From Syntrophobacterales bacterium (lineage in GTDB: Bacteria > Desulfobacterota > Syntrophia > Syntrophales > UBA2210): a stretch of DNA of 64,000 nucleotides. Positions 28,208 through 38,109 of the stretch are shown here, piece after piece; position 1 is the stretch's first letter; each line of letters starts with the position of its first letter. A program made the position numbers and the translations under genes. The notes beneath the pieces were generated by a model. The model saw only the letters and a list, made by a program, of their open reading frames with translations, was not told the origin of the DNA and made no database searches. The stretch lies in assembly GCA_018433345.1 (NCBI GenBank), contig JAHDRK010000013.1, positions 7,482 to 71,481 of the forward strand, written 5' to 3'.

Positions 28208-28431
28208 CGAGCCACCTCGGTTCACCTCGCAAGGCGACGACCCCGCCCCGGCAGCAAGCACTGTATCCGTCAACCGTCGTGAATGCAACGATTTTTCACC
28301 GCCGAAACAGGGCGGCGTAAAACCGGCCTCCGGGAACATCAATCATGGTTGCATTTTTTGCCGTTCAATGAAATAGAACCTTGTCGAACCACATAAACGC
28401 TTGGCAAGCAAAAAAAAACGGGAGGTTTCAT

Positions 28432-29217
28432 ATGGACATTGCAGGAAAAATTATCGTTGTCACAGGCGGCGGCGGTGGTATCGGAGAGGGACTCTGCCGC
28501 CGGTTCGCCGCGGAGGGCGCAAAAACGGTGGTCGTCGCCGACTTGGATGAAGAGAGGGCACGCAAGGTAGCTGAAAGTATCAAGGGAATCGCTGCCTACT
28601 GTGACGTGCGAGACAGACGGGACATCGAGGATCTCATCTCGAACACGGAAGAAAGGGTGGGACCCATAGACCTGTTCTGCTCGAACGCGGGGATTATAAC
28701 CCTGGGCGGTGTCGAGGTCCCCGATGAACAGTGGCAGAGAATCTGGGAGATAAACGTGCTCTCACACGTACGAGTGGGACGCGTACTGATTCCGCGAATG
28801 ATCGAGCGGGGAGGCGGAGCATTGATGATAACGGCTTCGGCCGCGGGGTTGCTGAGCCAAATCGGTTCTATCCCTTACTCGGTGACGAAACACGCCGCCG
28901 TAGGGCTGGCGGAAAGCATCGCCATCACCTATGGTGATCAGGGCATACAGGTATTCGCTCTCTGCCCGCAGGCGGTTCGGTCGGACATGACTCGTCGGCA
29001 CGAAGGAGGCGGGGTGGCGGCCGTCGACGGTCTCATGGAGCCGGAAGAAGTGGCGGAAAAGGTGATGCAGGCCTTCAGGGACGATACCTTCCTTATCCTC
29101 CCCCATGGGGAAGTAAAGACCTACATGCAGCGCAAGGCAAGCGATTACGACAGATGGCTTCACGGGATGCGACGTCTCCAGGCGCGCTTCCTGGAAGGCG
29201 CCCCTCTCAAGCAATGA
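28432..29217 (+). CDS. SDR family oxidoreductase
   Basis: VTGGGGGIGEG, SNAG, YSVTK. ATG 28432 preceded by GGGAGG. Confidence 0.88.
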   Translation: MDIAGKIIVVTGGGGGIGEGLCRRFAAEGAKTVVVADLDEERARKVAESIKGIAAYCDVRDRRDIEDLISNTEERVGPIDLFCSNAGIITLGGVEVPDEQWQRIWEINVLSHVRVGRVLIPRMIERGGGALMITASAAGLLSQIGSIPYSVTKHAAVGLAESIAITYGDQGIQVFALCPQAVRSDMTRRHEGGGVAAVDGLMEPEEVAEKVMQAFRDDTFLILPHGEVKTYMQRKASDYDRWLHGMRRLQARFLEGAPLKQ

Positions 29218-29224
29218 TTCCCGA

Positions 29225-29250
29225 GCGGGTGAGGATGTCTCCTCACCCGC
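29225..29250. terminator. Perfect 11-bp stem hairpin just after the SDR stop (no U-tract)
   Basis: GCGGGTGAGGA-tgtc-TCCTCACCCGC. Confidence 0.45.
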
Positions 29251-29714
29251 CGTATGGCAAAACCGGAATGTGAGACCGACGGTCCTTTTAAATCAGACTC
29301 CCGGCCGTGTCCAAGGGAGTGATTTATTTCTAATTCAATTGACAAAACCTCTTCGAAATGTTTTATAGGTTCGAAAGTCTTGCCAGTGTCGTCGAAACCG
29401 GCCGCTGATTCCGCGCCCGCAACGCAACCGGGGGGTTACAGGTGCAAACGTCTTCGCTTCTTATCAACCCCTATGTATTCAATCGACAATCGGAAGCGCG
29501 ACGCCATGACGGCAGAGGCCTGTCTTCTACTTCTTTCCCCCTTGAAAACCAACAGTTAGGCCTGGAGAATATCTCCTATCCGAAGCCGTTGGATAACGGT
29601 ACGACTGGACATCTCTTTAAACTGCCGAAAAGTGAAAGGACATGTTCCATATTCGTGTGGGGACATTAATACACTGAACACAGAATAAACTTTAAACAGA
29701 AGGAGGATCGAATC

Positions 29715-30293
29715 ATGTCTGAAACGAACAGAAAGGGTTTTTCAAGGATACGGGTCATCCTGACGCTCGTCATCCTGACCGGATGTTTCCTGGCCGCCGG
29801 CTGCACCTCCACCCCCAACCAGCTCGACCCCTCGGCGACCTCACCCCAGATTGTTGTCAATCCCGGCAACGTCCGTCTCGGTGTAGCCTATCTCACGGGC
29901 ACGGATATCGTGTTCGAGGGTTCGGGTTTCGAACCGGAGGATTCGGTATTTATTTCGCTCATCGGTCCGGAGGACACGGAAATCGCCGTAGCCGACGCAA
30001 CGGTCAAGGCTGACGGAACATTCCAGGCCAAGGCGGGCGCTCTTGGAAAGGTGGCCGGCATGTTGAGGGCCGATGTCGCCGGCAAATATAAGGAAGACGG
30101 CAGTTACGAACAGTTCATCGTTTTGACCCAAGATCCAATTCCTACCGGTACTTACAAGGTGCGGGCAACGGGCATGTTGTCCGATGTGACGGCGGAAACA
30201 CAAATTAACGTGATGGATCCAGGCCTGACGGACCGCTTCAAGGATTGGCTCGGGAAAAAAATGGGGAAAATAGTGGATAAACGCGCCAGCTGA
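29715..30293 (+). CDS. Hypothetical lipoprotein
   Basis: Signal peptide with lipobox (ILTGCFLAAGC) and SD AGGAGG. The beta-rich mature part has no recognisable catalytic motif. Confidence 0.7.
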   Translation: MSETNRKGFSRIRVILTLVILTGCFLAAGCTSTPNQLDPSATSPQIVVNPGNVRLGVAYLTGTDIVFEGSGFEPEDSVFISLIGPEDTEIAVADATVKADGTFQAKAGALGKVAGMLRADVAGKYKEDGSYEQFIVLTQDPIPTGTYKVRATGMLSDVTAETQINVMDPGLTDRFKDWLGKKMGKIVDKRAS

Positions 30294-30483
30294 CGCAGAA
30301 CTGATTTCTCCGGTGAAGCCGAGGCAAAGGCGGCGGTCCGCGAAACAACCGGCGTGAATAACGAAACGGCGATGCCGAAAGGGTTGGAACGTGGGCGGCG
30401 AACGCGGTTCTCCCGTGGCCGGGACAGGCGGGGTGCATTACCGAAGCCTGAGCGACAAAACCGATATTTTGAAATAGGGGCGC

Positions 30484-30511
30484 TTGACTTTCGGGGTGTG
30501 ACGCGTATTAT
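30484..30511 (+). promoter_or_regulatory. Candidate sigma-70 promoter upstream of sufCB
   Basis: TTGACT, 16-nt spacer, TATTAT. This implies a GC-rich leader of about 160 nt. Confidence 0.45.
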
Positions 30512-30678
30512 CTTTTTCCAACGGCATCGGGCGACAAGGCCAAATAGGCGATAGATGCACACTCTCGGGCGGGGCGGCTTCCGGTCGTCCCGACGATTGT
30601 ATTGAAGCCCGGAAGGTCGGTCCGTCTCGGCGCGGAAACGACCAAGACCGCCTGTTGCAACATTTAGTGGGAGGCGTC

Positions 30679-31440
30679 ATGCTTATAATAGAAAATCTTC
30701 AGGTAAAACTGCTGAACAAGGAATTGCTCAGGCACATAGATCTCGAAATTCGGCCAGGAGAGACGCATATTCTCTTCGGACCGAACGGGTCGGGAAAAAC
30801 ATCCCTCCTGATGACCATCATGGGATATCCCCAGTACGAGGTAACGGCGGGAAAAATCTGGTTCAACGGCGAGGACATCACCCATCTTTCCATAGATCAA
30901 AGGGCACGCAGGGGCATCGGCATGTCTTATCAACGGCCGCCCGCCATCCGCGGAGTAAAAACGAGACAGATCGTCGAAATGTGTGCCGGAAATCCGGAAA
31001 TCGTGGAACAATTGGCCGAACGGCTTAATTTTTCCGACTTTCTCGATCGGGACATAAACGTCGGGTTTTCCGGCGGGGAAATAAAACGCTCGGAACTATT
31101 GCAGCTCATGGCGCAGAAGCCGGAGCTGGCGCTCTTCGATGAGCCGGAATCGGGCGTGGATCTGGAAAACATAGCCATCATAGGAAACGCCATCGACGAA
31201 CTGCTCGAGCGTGGGCACTTGCCCCGATATGGAAAATCTGTAAAGGAAGAAAAAGAATCCAGGACAAGGATGGGACTTATCATCACCCACACGGGTTTCA
31301 TTTTGGATTATATCACCGCCGACCAGGGACTGGTACTATACGACGGGGTGCTGGCATGCAGGACCAACCCCATGGAAATATTCAAGCAGATACGAAGCGT
31401 GGGCTACGAGGAGTGTGTGCGATGCGGATGCGCGAGCTAG
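30679..31440 (+). CDS. sufC: Fe-S cluster assembly ATPase SufC
   Basis: GPNGSGKTS, FSGGEIKRSE, LALFDEPESGVD. ATG 30679 with SD GGGAGG. Confidence 0.9.
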   Translation: MLIIENLQVKLLNKELLRHIDLEIRPGETHILFGPNGSGKTSLLMTIMGYPQYEVTAGKIWFNGEDITHLSIDQRARRGIGMSYQRPPAIRGVKTRQIVEMCAGNPEIVEQLAERLNFSDFLDRDINVGFSGGEIKRSELLQLMAQKPELALFDEPESGVDLENIAIIGNAIDELLERGHLPRYGKSVKEEKESRTRMGLIITHTGFILDYITADQGLVLYDGVLACRTNPMEIFKQIRSVGYEECVRCGCAS

Positions 31441-32639
31441 ACGAAAGGGCCCGCGCCGCCTTGAACAAGGCGGCGGCGCTCGGTGAAGACATCGATCTCG
31501 ATTCCTTTTTAACGGATTCACCACGGTATGAAAAAATCGACGATCTAAAGAGGCTGCCCGAACAGGACCGGCAACGAATGCTCATGGCGGGCATCGACAC
31601 CGACGGGAGACAACGATCGGGATCCTATCTCCAGAAGGACGGATCCCCCGTTTTTTCCGCCGCCTTCCAGGAAGGTCTCGAGATAGTTCCCATCAAGGAG
31701 GCTCTGGAACGGTACGATTGGCTCGTCGACTTTTACTGGAACCTGATACCTGTGGACATGGACAAATACACGGCCCGCGCCAGGCTGAACCTCCAGAACG
31801 GGTATCTTATCAGGGCCCTGCCCGGCGCCCGAATCACCATCCCGGCCCAGGCCTGCATGTACATTGAAACAAACGGCTTCAGCCAGAACGTGCACAACAT
31901 CGTCATTGCGGAAGAGGGTTCCGAGCTGCACATGATCACGGGATGCGCCTCGGCGACCCACGTCGCAAGGGGAGTACACGTGGGCATTTCCGAGTTCTAC
32001 GTGAAGAAAAACGCGAAACTCAGTTTCACAATGATTCACCACTGGGCCGAGGACGTCGCGGTGAGACCCAGGTCGGCCTGTATCGTCGAAGAGGGAGGAC
32101 TGTTCCTCAACAATTACATAAGCATGAAGCCGGTACGATCTCTCCAGATGGCACCCGTCACGTCGCTCGTGGGAAAGGGAGCGGTGGCGCGGTTCTACAG
32201 CCTCCTCGCCGGACATCCAGGAAGTGAACTCGACGTTGGAGGCCGCGTGATTCTGCGTGCGGAAGAGACGAGGGCCGAAATCGTCTCGCGGTCCATCACA
32301 AACGGCGGCACTATTATCGCCCGCGGCGACTTGATCGGAGAAGTACCGGGTGTCAGGGGACACCTCGAATGTCACGGACTGATCCTAAAGGGCGGCGTCA
32401 TAAAGGCCGTCCCTGAACTGACCGCCACGGCGGAAGGCGTAGAAATGTCCCACGAGGCGGCGGTGGGCAAAATCGCCCAGGAAGAAATTTTTTACCTCAT
32501 GTCGCGGGGGCTGACGGAAGAAGAATCAGCGGCGATGATAGTGCGAGGCTTTCTCAACGTTGAAATCCCCGGGCTTCCCCGACCTCTCCAGCAGGAAATC
32601 GACCGAGCCGTGGAACTCAGCCGAACAGAAATGATGTAA
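31422..32639 (+). CDS. sufB: Fe-S cluster assembly scaffold, SufB/SufD family
   Basis: C-terminal beta-helix region with SHEAAVGKI..EEIFYLMSRGL..EESAAMIVRGF, typical of SufB/D. The start overlaps the sufC end. Confidence 0.85.
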   Translation: MRMRELDERARAALNKAAALGEDIDLDSFLTDSPRYEKIDDLKRLPEQDRQRMLMAGIDTDGRQRSGSYLQKDGSPVFSAAFQEGLEIVPIKEALERYDWLVDFYWNLIPVDMDKYTARARLNLQNGYLIRALPGARITIPAQACMYIETNGFSQNVHNIVIAEEGSELHMITGCASATHVARGVHVGISEFYVKKNAKLSFTMIHHWAEDVAVRPRSACIVEEGGLFLNNYISMKPVRSLQMAPVTSLVGKGAVARFYSLLAGHPGSELDVGGRVILRAEETRAEIVSRSITNGGTIIARGDLIGEVPGVRGHLECHGLILKGGVIKAVPELTATAEGVEMSHEAAVGKIAQEEIFYLMSRGLTEEESAAMIVRGFLNVEIPGLPRPLQQEIDRAVELSRTEMM

Positions 32640-32665
32640 AAAAATAGACCGGAAGGTTCTTGAGG

Positions 32666-32693
32666 TAAAGTTTTTCGCCCCGATATCCGATTG
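32666..32693 (+). promoter_or_regulatory. Candidate sigma-28 (FliA)-like promoter
   Basis: Exact TAAAGTTT, then a 12-nt spacer, then tCCGATtg (core CCGAT of GCCGATAA). It lies 34 nt before the ATG at 32727. The spacer is 1 nt longer than consensus. Confidence 0.35.
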
Positions 32694-32726
32694 TAGAATA
32701 AAGATTAAGGGGGAGAACAAAAAACC

Positions 32727-33077
32727 ATGTCTTCGGCAATGCTTACGGCGCTCACGGGATTGCAGGCACAGAGCCTCGCGATGGCTGTAAGCGCCAACAA
32801 CGTGGCGAACGTAGAAACCGACGGCTTTAAGAAAAGCCGGGTCCTGTTCCGCGAGGCCCTTCCCTCCGGCGTATCCGTCGCCGTAGAAAAAGACGAGAGA
32901 CCGGGAACCATAGTCACAGGGGCTTTTCCGGAAGACGGAGAGCGGGAACTCTCCAACGTAAACCTGCACGAGGAAATTGTCCGACTGATAACCACCGGTT
33001 ACGCCTATAAAGCCGGCGTGGTGACGGTACGCACAGCCTACGAGATGGAAGAAAAACTTATGGATATCTTGGCCTGA
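32727..33077 (+). CDS. Miniature flagellar hook/rod-family protein (N- and C-terminal D0 segments only)
   Basis: 116 aa. N-terminus LTGLQAQSLAMAVSANNVANVETDGFKKSR matches the rod/hook signature (..NNIANvnT.GFK). C-terminus ELSNVNLHEEIVRLITTGYAYKA matches the conserved SNVdl.eE...mI......A terminus. SD AAGGGGGAG. Confidence 0.75.
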   Translation: MSSAMLTALTGLQAQSLAMAVSANNVANVETDGFKKSRVLFREALPSGVSVAVEKDERPGTIVTGAFPEDGERELSNVNLHEEIVRLITTGYAYKAGVVTVRTAYEMEEKLMDILA

Positions 33078-33311
33078 ACCGGGCGAAGAATCCCTCTTTC
33101 CTTCCACCCCTGACCTCGAACCTCTTACCTATCGCCATAGCCTTTTTACCCCGGTTCCCCGTTCCGTCCTTCGACAGGGCTCTCCCAGGCTTGGCGAAGG
33201 GCTCATAATGAATGGAGAATATTTCCGCCCCCCTCGCCGCCCATAGCCTATAGCCCATGCCCTTTTACCCCTTATCCTTAACCCTTTACACTCACACCCC
33301 TCTCTTTTTTC

Positions 33312-33340
33312 CCAAATGTCAAGTTTAAAGATTTGACCCC
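33312..33340. repeat. 29-nt conserved element CCAAATGTCAAGTTTAAAGATTTGACCCC, copy 2
   Basis: Identical to 17137-17165. It lies 3 nt from the stop codon of the minus-strand MBL-fold gene, and its upstream flank is C/T-rich repeat DNA (..CCTTTTACCCC.. x2). Confidence 0.9.
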
Positions 33341-33343
33341 TAT

Positions 33344-34222
33344 CTAACATATGCCGCGTATGCTCTTTTTTGCGAAAAACCGCTCCCGTTCCTGTATGTC
33401 CTCCGGCAAACCGTCAAAAAGACTCATCGCCTTGTCTTCCTTAAGTATATCCTCGAAGACTTCATCTTCCACCGGCTTGCTTTTGGACTCCATGTGCCGC
33501 TTGGTGATGGAGACCCAGCAGTCGACTTGGCGTAAAGCGGTGTCAAGGATCGCGGCGGGCTCATCGCTATGGCCGTAATGACCAAAGCAGAGATGAGACA
33601 CATCAAGGGAGGCGATCCTGAGGAGAGAGGAGCGGTAAACGTCGTAGAAAAAGGGCGCCGGGGAGGCAAGACGAAGATAGATCCCTTCCTCCCGGGGATA
33701 ATAAACACCCGCAGCTTCTCCGACAAAAAGTATGTCGTCCATCTTGTAACATCGGTGATGAGAGGCATGACCCGGCGTGTCGATAATTTCAAAGAGCCCC
33801 TCTTCCATGACGGTTTCCGGTGCGACGAACACATCCTCTCGGCAGGGTTCGACAGACCCGTATGCATCCGCCAAGTCTCCCAGGGCCTTCTTCGACGCCG
33901 CCCATAGTTTCGAGGGATCCACGAGGTGACGGACACTGGTGGGTTTGCAGAACACTTTTGTTTCCGGGTGGCGGTGGAGAAGAAACCCCAGACCGCCCAC
34001 ATGATCGAGATGAATATGTGTAATCAATACGGCGTCGATCCTATCCACCCCCAGTTTGTCCAATTCGTCGTGAAGCCTTGTTATGGTGGACCTGGGGCCG
34101 GGATCCACGAGTACGGTTTTTCCCCGGCGACGGACAAGCCAGCTGCTGATGAATCTTCTGAAACCTCGAAGTGGTTGGTCGAGGTCGATAAGATAGCAGT
34201 TCTCAAGTAGTTCTTGTGCCAT
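33344..34222 (-). CDS. MBL-fold metallo-hydrolase
   Basis: HIHLDHVGG (HxHxDH), DTPGHASHH; 292 aa. Confidence 0.88.
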   Translation of the reverse strand: MAQELLENCYLIDLDQPLRGFRRFISSWLVRRRGKTVLVDPGPRSTITRLHDELDKLGVDRIDAVLITHIHLDHVGGLGFLLHRHPETKVFCKPTSVRHLVDPSKLWAASKKALGDLADAYGSVEPCREDVFVAPETVMEEGLFEIIDTPGHASHHRCYKMDDILFVGEAAGVYYPREEGIYLRLASPAPFFYDVYRSSLLRIASLDVSHLCFGHYGHSDEPAAILDTALRQVDCWVSITKRHMESKSKPVEDEVFEDILKEDKAMSLFDGLPEDIQERERFFAKKSIRGIC

Positions 34223-34709
34223 GGCTGGTTACGAATCGACCGCCTTCAAAAACTATCCTCGTTTGTTCCGGCGAAAACCGGAACGCGAAAACGCCGACCT
34301 TGTTTTTATTTCTGCAATGCCCTACCCGCCGGCTGTGGAAACGTAGCGTTTTTTCATTAGGCATTTGCAGATTTCCGTTTATATCCGCCGGAGATGGTAT
34401 GGGTCAAGACCAAATGCCCTTTGTGCGAAGTAAAATCCCGAATAAATTACCGCCTCGCATTGTTATTGTCTCGGTGGAGAGGCCCGGCCGTGGCAAGTCG
34501 AGAAGCATCGCGAGGGTTTGTAAAGGAATCTGAACCTATTGAGTCGGCCGTCCACTTTATTTATTGCCGGATGCGGCATAAAAAACAATTGACATTGAAT
34601 CGTGCCGCCAAGTAGTTTATAAATACAGTTCGAACATATTCCCCGCACCACCATTAATAGAAGGCGAGATTGGCGGAATATTTCCAGTAAGCGCGGCACA
34701 TACATTTTC

Positions 34710-37700
34710 ATGAACACTGAACCCGTCAACAATGACCCCTTGATCCTCAGGCATCGCCGTATTCTCGCCCAGGCGGCTGTTTTTGACGGCGATTTCAGCA
34801 TCGATTGGCTCCAGGAGCTTACAGGCGAGAAGGCATCCGTCATATTTTCAGCCCTTGAATACGCAGTCGAAGGGGGGCTGCTTTCCCGGATCGATCTCGC
34901 ACTCTTTTCGTTCATTGACGCTGATGAGAGGAACGCCCTCGTCAGGGAGCTGCCCACCGAGGAAGTCGAACCGCTGCACCGTAAGGCGGCCGCCCTGTTA
35001 TTCTCCAACATGCCGGAAGGTTCGGAGAGAACCACCCGTGTCGCCCGTCACCTGCTTCACCTTTCAAACGACTATGAGGGTTGTCGTATTCTGCTGGAGA
35101 ACGGAAACATCCACCGGCGCCGCTTCAGGGACGATGAGGCAAGAATCTTTTACGAAAAGGCACTCGACGATCTTCGCAGTATAAAAAACCGCAATGCCGA
35201 CCGACTCTTTATTCAATCAACTCTCGAGTACTGCAAGGTATCGACCGACAGCGACAAACAGAACCGCGTGATTGCAATCATAGAAGAGGCCATTGCCCGA
35301 GCCGAATCCGTCGGCGACCGGGATTCTCTGGGTTTCCTTGAAATGCAGCTCGGTAAAAGCGAATGGCTCCGTTCGCGCTACCCGGAAGCACTCCATCATT
35401 TCGAGAAGGGTTGGGACATGACCAAGAGCGCCGACGATGCGATTATCCAGAAATCCGCGACCATCCTGGGCATGTTCTATAATTACTGGTCGGGGCGATA
35501 CCGGGATGTGGTCGAGGTATATGAAAAGCTGGTCCCCAATGTAGAAGATCAGTTCCCCAAGGGACGCCTTCCCCTCCTCGCGGCGTTGACCGCCGGCGTA
35601 TGCCTGGGACATACGGGCCTTTATTCCCAAGCCCTGGGAATGCTGCATGCCATTCGCGGACACAGCCGTTCCATCGGTAACCTTTCAATGGCAGGACTTG
35701 CCGGAGTTTCCCTTGGATACCTCCTCCTGGAACTTCAGCGGCCCGATGACGCCATCCAGTGTATAATGGACTCATGGGAAGAAACGGAAACAAGCAAGAG
35801 CATTTACGCCCGCCTGGGCGGCCTCTGTCTGCTGGGATACGCCTATCTGCTCGTCGGTGATCACGATCGCGCCGTTGAATGTCTCAGGGAATACCTGGAC
35901 GAAAGCAGGCGGTCTCAAATGACTGTCAAGTATACAGCCCTCTGGATGCAGATCTGCCGGGCCATGGAGGAAGGTTCCTTCCCTCCCCTCGAAGGTCTTT
36001 CTCTAGAGGAGGAAATCGCTTATTCACTGAAAAGCGGCAATTTCCTCATGAAAGGCGTCGCCCATCGTTACCGGGCCATGAAAATGAGGCAAGCCCGTGA
36101 ACCCTCCGGCGCCATACTGGCGGAACTGGAAAAGTCCCTCGGCGATCTAGAGACCTGCGGCCACCAGGTTGAATTGGCCAATTCCAAGCTGGAGATCTCC
36201 CGTGAGTACATCCTTATGGGCGATCATGACCGGGCCGCCGAATTTGCAGGACCTGCCGCGCGAACTCTATACTCCTTTAACGAAGCCCTGGTTCCCGACG
36301 ATATAAGGCCCCTGGTGAAAGACTTACGCAAAGACAATGACTTGCTTGACGAAATTCTCAGGCTGAGCCAGGAGTTGGCCACTATCAGAGATTACGGGGA
36401 ACTGTTAAAGCGGATCGTATCGGCCAGCAACAGGATAACGTGTGCTGAGCGGGGTGCGGTTTTCGCTATAGAAGGCGGCCATCCCGAGAAGATCGTCCTC
36501 CGGTCGGCAAAAAATCTCACGGCGGAAGATGTAAAGATGCCCGAATTCGACCGGTCCATGAAACTTATCATGGAAACCGCCGGAAATCCACGTGGAAAAA
36601 TACTTGGAGAAATGGATCATGACAATCTCGGCAACGCCCGAGGGAGGGATATCATACGGTCCTGCATCTGCGTTCCACTGAAAATCAGGAACAAGCTTAA
36701 GGGAGTTCTTTATCACGACAACCGCCTTTTTAGAAGCGCATTCAAGGAATCAGACCTGGAAATTCTCGACTATTTCGCCACCCAGGCAGCCATAGCGATG
36801 GACAATGCCGAGGCCTGGGAAAGATTGCAGAACCTCTATGAAAAACAACAACTGGAAAAGGAGCATTACGAGAAAGAATACCTGGAAACGATCCACTTCG
36901 CAGATTTCGTGGGTAAAAGCCCGACCATCAGACAGGTTTTCGTGGAAGCCGAGCAGGTCGCCCAAACGGATGCCACCGTGCTGATTTTGGGTGAAACCGG
37001 AGTGGGAAAAGAACTGGTGGCTCGCTACATTCACCGCCACAGCTCCCGGGCCGACAAGCCCTTTATCAGGGTTCACTGTGGCGCCTTACCGGAAAGTCTA
37101 ATTTCGAGCGAACTTTTCGGCCATGAGAAGGGTGCCTTTACGGGAGCCACGTCCCGCCGTGTAGGTCGCTTCGAACTTGCAAACGGAGGGACCATTTTCT
37201 TGGACGAAATCGGCGACATATCGATGGAGGTCCAAGTAAGACTGCTGAGGATTCTCCAGCATAAAGAATTTGAGCGCGTGGGAGGCCATGAGACATTGCG
37301 TTCCGATTTCCGCCTTCTTGCCGCAACAAACCGAAACCTGGAAGAAGAAGTGGAAAACGGTCGATTCCGCCGCGACCTTTACTACCGGCTCAACGTCTTC
37401 CCCATCAGGGTTCCACCCCTACGCGAGCGAAAGGAGGATATCCCTTTACTGGCCCGCTACTTTCTCGACATCTATGCCAACAAGAGCAACAAACCCGTCA
37501 GCAAGCTGAAACCCGATGAAATGGGGAAGCTCCTGTCCTATGACTGGCCGGGCAATGTGAGGGAGCTCGAAAATGTCATCGAGCGCGGGGTAATCCTGGC
37601 AAAGGGTTCCATTTACAAGGTGCCTGACCTGAACGGCCCCCACCACCGAAGAAACGATGGATCATCCATGAATCTTCGAGAAAATGAACGGAATCACATT

Positions 37701-37883
37701 CTCAAGATTTTGAAAAAGACCGGTGGTAAAGTGGCCGGACCGGGAGGAGCTGCGGAAATCCTCGAAATCCATCCCAACACCCTCTTTTCGCGGATGAAAA
37801 AACTCGGGATCTCAAGGAAGGCGGATTACGTGTCAGGTCCTTCCCGGTCGACATCCGCAGGATGTCAGGATAACGATATCTAG
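34710..37883 (+). CDS. Sigma-54-dependent transcriptional activator with a long TPR-like N-terminal region and a GAF domain
   Basis: 1057 aa. AAA+ Walker A GETGVGKE, GAFTGA loop, FLDEIG, RRDLYYRLNV. C-terminal Fis-type HTH AAEILEIHPNTLFSRMKKLGI. A GAF-like segment sits at about residues 570-720 and helical repeats at about 1-560. Confidence 0.9.
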   Translation: MNTEPVNNDPLILRHRRILAQAAVFDGDFSIDWLQELTGEKASVIFSALEYAVEGGLLSRIDLALFSFIDADERNALVRELPTEEVEPLHRKAAALLFSNMPEGSERTTRVARHLLHLSNDYEGCRILLENGNIHRRRFRDDEARIFYEKALDDLRSIKNRNADRLFIQSTLEYCKVSTDSDKQNRVIAIIEEAIARAESVGDRDSLGFLEMQLGKSEWLRSRYPEALHHFEKGWDMTKSADDAIIQKSATILGMFYNYWSGRYRDVVEVYEKLVPNVEDQFPKGRLPLLAALTAGVCLGHTGLYSQALGMLHAIRGHSRSIGNLSMAGLAGVSLGYLLLELQRPDDAIQCIMDSWEETETSKSIYARLGGLCLLGYAYLLVGDHDRAVECLREYLDESRRSQMTVKYTALWMQICRAMEEGSFPPLEGLSLEEEIAYSLKSGNFLMKGVAHRYRAMKMRQAREPSGAILAELEKSLGDLETCGHQVELANSKLEISREYILMGDHDRAAEFAGPAARTLYSFNEALVPDDIRPLVKDLRKDNDLLDEILRLSQELATIRDYGELLKRIVSASNRITCAERGAVFAIEGGHPEKIVLRSAKNLTAEDVKMPEFDRSMKLIMETAGNPRGKILGEMDHDNLGNARGRDIIRSCICVPLKIRNKLKGVLYHDNRLFRSAFKESDLEILDYFATQAAIAMDNAEAWERLQNLYEKQQLEKEHYEKEYLETIHFADFVGKSPTIRQVFVEAEQVAQTDATVLILGETGVGKELVARYIHRHSSRADKPFIRVHCGALPESLISSELFGHEKGAFTGATSRRVGRFELANGGTIFLDEIGDISMEVQVRLLRILQHKEFERVGGHETLRSDFRLLAATNRNLEEEVENGRFRRDLYYRLNVFPIRVPPLRERKEDIPLLARYFLDIYANKSNKPVSKLKPDEMGKLLSYDWPGNVRELENVIERGVILAKGSIYKVPDLNGPHHRRNDGSSMNLRENERNHILKILKKTGGKVAGPGGAAEILEIHPNTLFSRMKKLGISRKADYVSGPSRSTSAGCQDNDI

Positions 37884-38094
37884 TTTAATGACGATATATC
37901 GTTGTTTCTTCCTCCTCGTTGCGCATTGTGTGTCCAGTCATTTGTCTCCAGAATCGACTTATCACATTCAATCAATATTCGATGGTCTTGCAAAAATCAG
38001 CACTCCTCTCGTCTGCCTGAGCGGGGTTGAGAGGGAATATCCGAAAAGACCAGGGGCAATAGGCCGTGGGCGACGGATACGGATAAGGGGCTAT

Positions 38095-38109
38095 TGGCAC
38101 GATGATTGC
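38095..38109 (+). promoter_or_regulatory. Sigma-54 (-24/-12) promoter
   Basis: TGGCAC-gatga-TTGC is an exact match to the TGGCAC-N5-TTGC consensus. It lies 208 nt upstream of the SBP gene and directly downstream of the activator gene. Confidence 0.75.

Noticed and set aside
29442-29669. 75-aa ORF in the 497-bp gap before the lipoprotein gene
   Set aside because: It has a GTG start with no SD, a low-complexity translation and no motifs. The AT-rich gap more likely holds promoter or regulatory DNA (TTGACA at 29338-29343).
29918-29945. tRNA-like GGTTCG..CGAACC palindrome
   Set aside because: It lies inside the lipoprotein CDS (EGSGFEPED). No acceptor or anticodon arms can be built around it. 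I found no convincing tRNA cloverleaf in any intergenic gap.
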